Source: an uncultured delta proteobacterium (GTDB taxonomy: Bacteria; Desulfobacterota; Binatia; Binatales; Binataceae). From it: a stretch of 64,000 nt of DNA. The notes beneath the pieces are model-generated. The model saw only the letters and a list, made by a program, of their open reading frames with translations. It ran no database searches and had not been told where the DNA came from. Positions 29,501 through 36,393 of the stretch are shown here, in pieces. The stretch lies in contig CAWEEQ010000004.1 of NCBI GenBank assembly GCA_963808235.1, positions 781,084 through 845,083 on the forward strand. The letters run 5' to 3'. A program made the translations under genes and the position numbers. The stretch's first letter is position 1. Every line of letters begins with the position of its first letter.

Positions 29501-29755
29501 ACCCGACAGCGAACGCGACTCGATATGCTCAATGTTGCTGCCCAACGTAAAGAATCGCTCGTAGCGAAAGGTGATGTTGTCTTCCATGTCGAGCGGCGGC
29601 ATGCCCTGGTAAAAGGTAGCCACCACAACCGCTGGGATTTTAATGTCCGGAAAGATGTCCACCGGCATCTGCGTAAACGCCGTTGCACCCAGAATCACGA
29701 TGATCAGCGCTCCGACAATGATTAGGTACGGATTGCGCAGCGAGAAACTTGGCAC
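26594..29755 (-). CDS. efflux RND transporter permease (AcrB/CzcA superfamily)
   Basis: 1053 aa; 12-TM, two-large-loop organisation; GGFALAIGRLVDDSVVVLENI motif. Confidence 0.92.
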   Translation of the reverse strand: MPSFSLRNPYLIIVGALIIVILGATAFTQMPVDIFPDIKIPAVVVATFYQGMPPLDMEDNITFRYERFFTLGSNIEHIESRSLSGVSIIKVFFQPGTDVAAAAAQMGTLAEADLGVLPPGTLPPLVLQYDASSLPVVLVTLGGKGYNETQLEDQARYNVRNQLATVPGASVPIPFGGKFRQVMAYANPQALQARGLSLMDVVSALDTSNVILPAGDVKIGSKDYYIYSNSLIEKVPDINQVPVKIGRGQAPVLMDDVGKVTDSAQIQYNTVLINGQPSVYIPVLRQAGANTISVVDGVKQLIPNVFGLPAGMKLKTILDQSIYVRQAVDSLEHEAISGAVLASLMILIFLGSFRSTFAIFLSIPLSILAGAFGLYFNGSTLNIMTLGGFALAIGRLVDDSVVVLENINRHLAEGKEPHAAARDGAEEVALPVLASTVTTCIVFFPVMFLFGVSKYLFSALALAVVLSMAASYLVAMSVIPIYCARFLTREQALAAEHGESSGVFAIFNRAYERFASAYERLLENALDHKSVVIVGVTILFVVSLAMYPRLGTELFPETDAGMFTINFRAPAGTRIELTTDMARRIEDLVRKVIPPDELDMVVSNIGIAPSISAIYSPNSAQDSGFMQVALKSGHRHPTQYYVARLKQLLPIQLPNARTLFSSGSIIDSVLNLGKIAPIDVEFAGSSFTELHNAAKELQARINALSQVSQSFIAQELDYPTLNIKVDRVRAARLGVAQQEVIQNVITALDSNLYIKPSIWIDRANKDDYFLTVQYLGAQNGFDSLEVLQNIPIETVNKETGHAQSLLLRDVASIAPESHPSEADHYSIQRIVDLLVAPSTQDLGGTQEKIQREVSKMTLPPGVSVRYRGAVSSMQKSFSSFGFGLSLAVVLLYLVMVAQFRSFLDPFIIMFAVPMGLIGVIWTLWATGTTLNIESFMGIIVMVGIVVSNSILLVDFANERRRQGHELRRAAIDSARIRMRPILMTALATVAGLMPIALKLGEGSEASAPLARAAVGGLAVSTVLTLFLVPCIYEFFYRRIERAAAVQTPNEDRG

Positions 29756-29859
29756 GATGCAAACTCCCTGTCACCGGCGAAGTGATTACGCCGGTGGACT
29801 TTGACTTGACTATAACCGCCCGCGAATATCGGGCGCGTGTTAGCGAATCTGAAGTTTGC

Positions 29860-30225
29860 TTACAGCGGGTCTTGGCTTTCCGCGCGCGAGGGGAGCAATT
29901 TGAATCGTCTTATGAATGGCTGTACGGAAGGAGTCGCGAATCTGAACCTCGGTAAGGGCCTCACGGCCAGGTTGTCCGATACCGACGTCAAGTACTTCGG
30001 GAATGAAACATCAAGCGCTTGAGAGCCGGAATCGAGGTCGGGCTGACTTGACGAGGCCTTGGTGAATCTCTGTGCACCGCTAAGCCTATTCTGCTCGCAC
30101 GATCCGCAAGACACGCGAAAGTGTGGAACCTGCAATCGAGGGGTGAAGGCCACGATGCTCGTCACGATGAGAACCGCGGCAACCAGTTGCAGATGTAGAC
30201 GAGAAAACATTACTCCGACGCTCAT
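29860..30225 (-). CDS. hypothetical small exported protein upstream of the RND gene (weak call)
   Basis: The ORF is open to 30303. The internal Met at 30225 gives MSVGVMFSRLHLQLVAAVLIVTSIVAF (signal/anchor-like). No recognisable domain and a weak RBS. Confidence 0.25.
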   Translation of the reverse strand: MSVGVMFSRLHLQLVAAVLIVTSIVAFTPRLQVPHFRVSCGSCEQNRLSGAQRFTKASSSQPDLDSGSQALDVSFPKYLTSVSDNLAVRPLPRFRFATPSVQPFIRRFKLLPSRAESQDPL

Positions 30226-30419
30226 CTTATCGTTCCGCATTTTCGAATGCAAAGCGGAAGAATCTTTCCGCGTCTCGCGAAGATTTCCGCATTCGGCAGA
30301 CAACGTTTATTGCAGTCTGCCCTCTCGTTCAATCACGCCAGGAGCAGGTGCCAACTTTGCGGCGTATGATGTATACGTCGTGAAGCTTTTCAGAGACGCG
30401 AGTCCGAGCGCTGGGCCGG

Positions 30420-30875
30420 ATGCCCTTATTCAAGAAAATTCTTTGTCCTCTCGATTTCGATCAGAATTCGCTTCTGGCGCTCCAGGTTGCGACCGAACTG
30501 GCGCGGGAACGCAAAGCGACCCTCGATTTGCTGCACGTCGTCTCGATACCTTCCGGACCCGAGGTTGCGTTACCCTTCGCCAAAATGGAGAAGGCCGCAC
30601 GAACCAGGCTTGAGCGGCTGGCGGGCCAAAAAATAGGCAGCAAAGTCTCCCATCGCGTCGACGTATCGATGGGCGATCCGGCCGCCGAGATCATTCATAC
30701 CGCGAAAAAGTTGGATACCGATCTTATTGTGATGGCAACCCACGGACGGAAAGGACTCCGTCACCTTGTGCTGGGAAGCGTAGCCGAACGCGTGGTGCGG
30801 GAAGCCCCGTGCCCGGTGCTCGCGATCAAGTCGAAAGCTCCGGCCGCGAAGATCAAAAGACCTCGATCGAAATAA
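30420..30875 (+). CDS. universal stress protein (UspA family)
   Basis: 151 aa; ILCPLDF...DLLHVV...DLIVMATHGRKGLRHLVLGSVAERVVREAPCPVLAI; paralog of 23305-23757. Confidence 0.88.
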   Translation: MPLFKKILCPLDFDQNSLLALQVATELARERKATLDLLHVVSIPSGPEVALPFAKMEKAARTRLERLAGQKIGSKVSHRVDVSMGDPAAEIIHTAKKLDTDLIVMATHGRKGLRHLVLGSVAERVVREAPCPVLAIKSKAPAAKIKRPRSK

Positions 30876-31153
30876 TTCGCTGTATGACGTCACAGCTCAA
30901 ACGGTCGAAATCCTCGCGGTCGTCGCGAAATCAGAACTGTCGCGCTTTCCGCGGTTGGCAGAGAGGGCCAGGGGATCGAAATCTGGTTAAATTCAAGCCA
31001 TGAGCGGTGATGAAGGGAATATGGGGATCCGCCAAAAGGGTTTCACTGATACAAGAGCAATAATGAGGCTGCTTAAGGCTTGACTAATTTCTTGTCTTGC
31101 TCCATAGTGATGCTGCCACCGAAAGGGCGGGCAAAAACGGGGAAGGTAGGATA

Positions 31154-31399
31154 ATGCAACGATCACGAGAAAATGATGAGACTCAGCCGGAATTCTATAC
31201 TGTCGGCCAGCTCGCGGACTTGCTCCAACTGACGCCGATGACGATATACCGGATGGTCAGACGCGGCGAGCTCGCCTGTCATGCGATCGGGCGAATCAAA
31301 CGCTTTCGCCGCGGCGACGTAGAGACGTTCCTCGAGAATTCCAGGCAGCCGGCCTCGGAAGCCACCGCGGCTCCGGCTCCTCGCCGTCTCGATGGCTGA
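31154..31399 (+). CDS. excisionase-family (HTH_17, MerR-superfamily) DNA-binding protein, paralog 1
   Basis: 81 aa from the ATG at 31154 (AGGTAGG upstream); FYTVGQLADLLQLTPMTIYRMVRRGELACHAIGRIKRFRRGDVETFL. Confidence 0.8.
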   Translation: MQRSRENDETQPEFYTVGQLADLLQLTPMTIYRMVRRGELACHAIGRIKRFRRGDVETFLENSRQPASEATAAPAPRRLDG

Positions 31400-31663
31400 A
31401 GACTCTCGGCGAATAAGTTCCAGCAGCCCCTGAGATTACCGCTACTTCCTGAGCGCTCGCGGGTCAGTACGCGTTCGTGCCCGGCGGTAATTTTTCCCCC
31501 AGCTCTTTCCTCAAAACAGATTCTGCGAACGAGTGTAACCACCAGTACAAACTGGTTGCAGGGAAGAGTCGCGTCTATAGAAGATGGAGGGCGAGCATTG
31601 TAGAAGCTTGACAGGAGCGTTGCATTCCCAAAGGATAGCGCAGCAGTCGATTACGGGGGAAAA

Positions 31664-31882
31664 ATGCAACGCTCACGTCCGAAAGAAGACGCCCAGCCCG
31701 AGTTCTACACCGTTGGACAACTTGCCGATTTGCTGCAACTCACACCCATGACCATTTACCGCATGGTCAGGCGCGGCGAGTTGGCTTGTCACGCGATCGG
31801 TCGCATCAAGCGTTTCAGACGCGGCGATGTCGAGGCTTTTTTACAAAGCTCGAGGAAACCAGCGGCAAGCGCACCAAGCTAA
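31664..31882 (+). CDS. excisionase-family (HTH_17) DNA-binding protein, paralog 2
   Basis: 72 aa. The core is identical in protein sequence to paralog 1 except for one residue. Confidence 0.8.
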   Translation: MQRSRPKEDAQPEFYTVGQLADLLQLTPMTIYRMVRRGELACHAIGRIKRFRRGDVEAFLQSSRKPAASAPS

Positions 31883-32115
31883 GACTTGCTCGTCTTACGC
31901 TCGGCGCCTGAATCGCCGTTGGTTTGGTGTTCCGGTTCCCTGGCTACGCTCCCGCCCGCCGCGACCCATTGATCGACGACTGGCACTTCAAAGCGCAGAT
32001 CCCGTCCAACTCTAATAGCCCGCAACTGGCCTCTTCGCACCAGCCTGCGAACGGTAGCCGGATTGACATGCAGGTAGTCGGAAACCTCACGCAATGTGAG
32101 CATCCTTGCTGGCAT
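31879..32115 (-). CDS. excisionase-family (HTH_17) DNA-binding protein, third copy, convergent
   Basis: MLTLREVSDYLHVNPATVRRLVRRGQLRAIRVGRDLRFEVPVVDQWV. The start is uncertain (32115, 32103 or 32160). Its stop codon overlaps the stop of 31664-31882. Confidence 0.7.
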   Translation of the reverse strand: MPARMLTLREVSDYLHVNPATVRRLVRRGQLRAIRVGRDLRFEVPVVDQWVAAGGSVAREPEHQTNGDSGAERKTSKS

Positions 32116-32355
32116 ATGCTCGCCCCTGGCTGACTCCATTCGACCCGGATTCATCCGCAAGCTCGCAAAAGTCTCATCAGGTTTGTCCTCGCCGTTTCGG
32201 TGACCGGAGGTGGCCGGAGGTCTCTAAATCTATTTGACTGTCTAATGCGCATTATCATTCAAATTACTTGACGACGACTCATCTATTGCTTGATGACCAT
32301 CATCTGCTTTCTCAAACGTAGCAAGATTTCAAAGACTAATCAAGCCATGAAAATA

Positions 32356-32384
32356 TTGTCAAGTTAAGATAAAGCTGTTAGAAT
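32356..32384 (+). promoter_or_regulatory. candidate sigma70 promoter of the EPS locus
   Basis: TTGTCA (32356-61), 17-nt spacer, TAGAAT (32379-84), inside a 360-bp AT-rich tract about 140 nt upstream of the Wza-like ATG. Confidence 0.4.
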
Positions 32385-32526
32385 TCTAAAGCGTGGCATC
32401 TTTATTTACTTTATTTTATGTCTCATTGCTTTGTTTATTCTTTTATGGTACAGTCTTACATAGCGTGCATCCCTTACGATTCATGCGTCGAATCGCGTAC
32501 TGACCTGAGCAGTGAGAAAAAAAACC

Positions 32527-33252
32527 ATGAAACGAAAACTATTGGTCATAGCTCTTCTGTGTTGTGCGCAGCTTCTGTTCGGATGCTCCGCGAAGGACCC
32601 GGAGGCTACCGATATCAAGGGTGTGTCGATGGCGCCGGTGTCGCCTGCCTGCCAATTCACTTCGGTCGACGACCAGTTTCGATCATACCGGATTCAGCCG
32701 GGCGACCAGCTCGACATCAGTTTTTATATGAGCCCCGAGTTTGACCAGGACCTGACCGTACGACCCGACGGCGACATCTCGATGCCGGTGGTCGGCAATA
32801 TTCACGTGCAGGGACTAACCCCGGTCGGGCTCGAGAAGAATCTCAATCAGCTCTATTCGCAGGAGTTGAAAGATCCGAAGACCACGGTCCGCATCGACAA
32901 GAGTCCAAGCCAGGTCGTGTACGTCGAGGGCCAGGTTGGCAAACCCGGCGCGGTGCCGCTGCAGCCCGGGATGACCGCGATCCAGGCGATCGCCGCGTCG
33001 GGCGGAATGAACGATAACGCCGGACCGAGCCGGGTGATTCTCATAAGACGCGACGCGTGCGGGAACGCGCACGGGCAGCCTCTCAAGCTCGACAAAGTGC
33101 TGAACCAGAAAAATAACGAAGAAGATGTGGCGCTGCTGCCTTCGGACATCGTGGTCGTACCGCGCAGCGGGATTGCCCAATTCGATCTCGACGTGAAGCA
33201 GTACGTGCGCGACGCGATGCCGGTCGAAGTCTACGCCGCGCCGCCATTTTGA
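32527..33252 (+). CDS. polysaccharide export outer-membrane lipoprotein (Wza/OPX family)
   Basis: MKRKLLVIALLCCAQLLFGCS lipobox. Poly_export motif: YRIQPGDQLDISFY...VRPDGDISMPVVGNIHVQGLT. SLBB-like: VYVEGQVGKPGAVPL. Confidence 0.85.
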   Translation: MKRKLLVIALLCCAQLLFGCSAKDPEATDIKGVSMAPVSPACQFTSVDDQFRSYRIQPGDQLDISFYMSPEFDQDLTVRPDGDISMPVVGNIHVQGLTPVGLEKNLNQLYSQELKDPKTTVRIDKSPSQVVYVEGQVGKPGAVPLQPGMTAIQAIAASGGMNDNAGPSRVILIRRDACGNAHGQPLKLDKVLNQKNNEEDVALLPSDIVVVPRSGIAQFDLDVKQYVRDAMPVEVYAAPPF

Positions 33253-33262
33253 GCCGAGTGGG

Positions 33263-34786
33263 ATGAATCAGATGAACAACGAAGCTGTAATGCAGTGGAT
33301 AGAGAAGATATTCCGGCGCCGGGCGTTGGCGCTCCGGATAGGCCTGCTGGTCTTCGGCGTAATCGCGCTGGGCTCGATCATGTGGCCCCCGAGCTACGCG
33401 TCGTCGTCGAAAATCCTGGTTCAATCCAACCGCGCGCAACTGCTGGTCTCGCCCGGGCTGAAGGAAGACGCCGCCAATCAATCGACCCAAACGGTTCCGG
33501 TGGCGGAGCAGGACCTCAACTCGGAGGTCGAGCTGCTGACCAGTCCGTTCCTTATTAAGCAGGCGCTCGCGGGGATGAAGCTCAATCAACGCAAGGGCGG
33601 CGTGATCGCGGGAATGCGAAACATTGTCGACGCGGTCGTCAGCGTCCCGACAGACGTGTACACGGTGCTGCACGGAGGCCCCAGCGCGACTGCGAACCAG
33701 GACGAGATTCAGAAAATCGTGAATCATCTCAGCGCGGACGTGATCAAGCGCTCGAATGTTATCGAGGTTTCGATTGTCTCGCACGATCCCGCGTGGGCGA
33801 AAGCGTTTCTCTCGCAATTGATGACTTCATACCTGAACCTGCACGGGCAGTTGTCGCAGAATCCGCAGGCGCAGGCATTTTTCCAGCAGCAGCGCGCGCT
33901 GCTCGATCAGCGCCTCCAGGACTCAGAGAAGGAGTTGCGCGCGGCGCAACTGCAGACCGGAATCGCTCAATTCAGCGAGCAGCAGCAGGCGCTCATCAAC
34001 CAGGTGTCCGCCGCCGAGGCGAACTATCGCACCACCAGCGCCTCTCTGGATTCCAAGCTGCAGCAGATCAGGAGCCAGGAAGCCGAGTTGAAGCAGACTC
34101 CGCAGCGTCAGACCAAGGAATCGAAGTCGGTCCAGAACATGGCGCTCAGCCAGTTGAAGCCGCAGATGCTTCAACTCGAAACCGAGCGTGCCGAGTTGTT
34201 GAGCCGCTATCAGCCCACCAGCGAGAGAATCCGTGCGATCGACGCCAAGCTGAAAGCCGGCCAAATCATCCTGAGCCGCGAAGATAAGACCAACGTCCAG
34301 GAAACCACCACCGATGTGAATCCGACCTGGCAGGCGCTCGATGCCGATTTGGCCAAAGCGCGGGCCGAAGCCGCGTCGGATAAGGCGGCGCAGACCACTG
34401 AAGCGGCGCAAGTCGCAACGTTACAGAATCAGCTCAAACAGATGACCACGGATGGAGTCGAGATCGAACGCCTGCAGCGCAAAGTCGATAGCGACAAGGA
34501 AGCGTACATGTCGTACGTGCGCAAGGGCGAGGAGGCCCGCGCGGCCGAGGCTCTTAACCAAAGCCGGATCCTGAACGTGAGCGTGGTGCAGGATCCGACC
34601 ACTCCGATCGATCCGGTGTCGCCGCGAATCCGGTTGAATCTGATCGCCGGGCTCCTGTTTGCCCTGATGCTGGCGGTCGCCGCGGCGCACTGGACCGAGG
34701 AATACGATCCCAAGATTTGTTCGACCGCGTCGATATTCAAGGACACCGGGCTCAGCACGGTCGCGATCCTCGACGACAGGTTGTAG
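33263..34786 (+). CDS. polysaccharide chain-length determinant (PCP/GumC-like, no kinase domain)
   Basis: 507 aa; N-terminal TM followed by YASSSKILVQ (Wzz-type), a long Gln/Ala-rich coiled coil, and a C-terminal TM (LNLIAGLLFALMLAVAAA). Confidence 0.8.
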   Translation: MNQMNNEAVMQWIEKIFRRRALALRIGLLVFGVIALGSIMWPPSYASSSKILVQSNRAQLLVSPGLKEDAANQSTQTVPVAEQDLNSEVELLTSPFLIKQALAGMKLNQRKGGVIAGMRNIVDAVVSVPTDVYTVLHGGPSATANQDEIQKIVNHLSADVIKRSNVIEVSIVSHDPAWAKAFLSQLMTSYLNLHGQLSQNPQAQAFFQQQRALLDQRLQDSEKELRAAQLQTGIAQFSEQQQALINQVSAAEANYRTTSASLDSKLQQIRSQEAELKQTPQRQTKESKSVQNMALSQLKPQMLQLETERAELLSRYQPTSERIRAIDAKLKAGQIILSREDKTNVQETTTDVNPTWQALDADLAKARAEAASDKAAQTTEAAQVATLQNQLKQMTTDGVEIERLQRKVDSDKEAYMSYVRKGEEARAAEALNQSRILNVSVVQDPTTPIDPVSPRIRLNLIAGLLFALMLAVAAAHWTEEYDPKICSTASIFKDTGLSTVAILDDRL

Positions 34787-34791
34787 CCGAT

Positions 34792-36375
34792 ATGTATTAC
34801 GAACACTTCAGACTTAGCGGCGCTCCCTTCGAGTTCAATCCCTCGGCGTCGGTGCTCTTCATGAGCGCGGGGCATCGCGAAGGATTGGCGGCGCTCGAGT
34901 GGGGACTGTCCGAGCCGAGCGGATTCACGATGCTGGTCGGCGAGATCGGGACCGGCAAGACCACGCTCATCTACTCGCTGCTCGCGACGCGGCATCAGGG
35001 CGTCCGGACCGCGTGGGTGGCGAATCCGCGCTTAAGCTTCGAAGACATGATGCGCCAGATTTTGGGCCAGCTGGGCGCAGTTGCGCCGGAGACGTCGGGC
35101 AAGCTCGCGCTGCTGCAGGCGTTCGACGCGCAGCTCGCGAGCCATGGGCTCGAAGAGTGCGTGGCGGTGATTGTCGACGAGGCGCAGGACCTGAGCGACG
35201 ACGCGCTGGAAGATCTGCGCCTGTTGACCAACTTTCAATCGCTCGAGCGCAGACGCCTGCAAATAGTGCTGGTCGGTCAGCTCGATCTCGCCAGAAGGCT
35301 GGGGCGGCCGCAACTGCGCCAACTGAATCAGCGAATCGGTGCGCGCGCGCTGTTGCCGACTCTGCAGGACCGGGAGATTTACGACTACGTCGAATACCGG
35401 CTGCGCTCGCGCGGCGGAGATATCGAGAACCTGTTCACGCGGAGCGCGATGCGGGAGCTCGCGCGCGCGAGCGGCGGAATCCCGCGGCGGATCAACATGC
35501 TTTGCCACAACGCGATGCTGCAGGCATACGCGGACGGCGAGCAATTCGTCGCCGAAAAGCATGTGCGTGCCGCCGCCAGCGACTACGATAATTTGCTGGT
35601 CGGCAAAGATTCGGCGTCCGCGAAGATGGCCGCATCGGCGAGCGCGGCGATGCAATCCGCGAGCACAAAGATACGGTCGGCGAGCGCGTCGATGCATTCA
35701 TCGGCGGTCTCGATGGCGCCGGCGATGCGTTCGGGCGCGACCAAGGCGGTTCGCGCGTTGAGCGCGGCGGCAACATTCGGGGCGCTGAGCTTGCTCGGCG
35801 TAGCGGTAGTCGGATTTTGCGAGATGCAGCCGGTGCACAATGATCTTTCCGCGCTGGTCAGGAAATTCGAATCGAAAGCGGCGAGTTTCAGAAGGCCAAT
35901 CGTGGTGCAGCGGGCGCCGGCGCAGTTCGTGACCGGTTCGTCCCCGGCGACCGTTCCGGCGCCGAACACAATTGGTTCGGCTCCAGCGGCCGTTCATGAC
36001 AGCACCGCCCCGGGCGCCCACGAATTGAGTACGCGCGGACACCTCAGGGGTCTTTCGGCGACTGGCCGGCGGGTTCCAGTCAAGCCGCAACCTGAAGCGA
36101 GCGCCGTTCCCAATATTTTGCCGGTGACGTTGTCGCCGGTCGGAAATATTTCCGCATCTCCGGATTCTTCGACGAAACCAGATGACGGCGCCTTGCGCAC
36201 CGACTCGACCATTTTGGTCAGGGCGGGCGACTCGCTCAGCAAGATAGCGATGAGAATCTATGGTTCGTTCGGAGCCGATGAAGTTAAGCGATTGACCGCG
36301 GCGAATCCGCAAATCAAGGACGCGAACGTGATCTATCCCGGTCAGTCTATTCACGTGCAGCAAGCTACCAAATGA
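34792..36375 (+). CDS. ExeA/GspA-like AAA ATPase with TM segment and C-terminal LysM domain
   Basis: MYYEHFRLSGAPFEFNP...GFTMLVGEIGTGKTTL (Walker A), VIVDEAQ (Walker B), TM AATFGALSLLGVAVVGF, LysM ILVRAGDSLSKIAMRIYG...NPQIKDANVIYPGQSIHV. Confidence 0.8.
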   Translation: MYYEHFRLSGAPFEFNPSASVLFMSAGHREGLAALEWGLSEPSGFTMLVGEIGTGKTTLIYSLLATRHQGVRTAWVANPRLSFEDMMRQILGQLGAVAPETSGKLALLQAFDAQLASHGLEECVAVIVDEAQDLSDDALEDLRLLTNFQSLERRRLQIVLVGQLDLARRLGRPQLRQLNQRIGARALLPTLQDREIYDYVEYRLRSRGGDIENLFTRSAMRELARASGGIPRRINMLCHNAMLQAYADGEQFVAEKHVRAAASDYDNLLVGKDSASAKMAASASAAMQSASTKIRSASASMHSSAVSMAPAMRSGATKAVRALSAAATFGALSLLGVAVVGFCEMQPVHNDLSALVRKFESKAASFRRPIVVQRAPAQFVTGSSPATVPAPNTIGSAPAAVHDSTAPGAHELSTRGHLRGLSATGRRVPVKPQPEASAVPNILPVTLSPVGNISASPDSSTKPDDGALRTDSTILVRAGDSLSKIAMRIYGSFGADEVKRLTAANPQIKDANVIYPGQSIHVQQATK

Positions 36376-36393
36376 CGAACTTAGGTGTGACCC

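Noticed and set aside
30881-30894. TGTATGACGTCACA containing the perfect palindrome TGACGTCA, considered as a Crp/Fnr-family site
   Set aside because: The half-site spacing is N4, not the N6 of CRP. The left half matches poorly. It lies just after the usp stop codon rather than in a promoter.
23201-32160. Genomic island integrated at tRNA-Arg(CCT), suggested by the tRNA plus three excisionase-family genes
   Set aside because: There is no integrase or recombinase. By eye I found no direct repeat of the tRNA 3' end downstream. Coding composition is like the rest of the window. A proper repeat search could still overturn this.
32418-32744. 108-aa ORF starting in the AT-rich leader
   Set aside because: It overlaps the Wza-like gene out of frame and has no domain. 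The Wza-like frame has a lipobox and clear family motifs.
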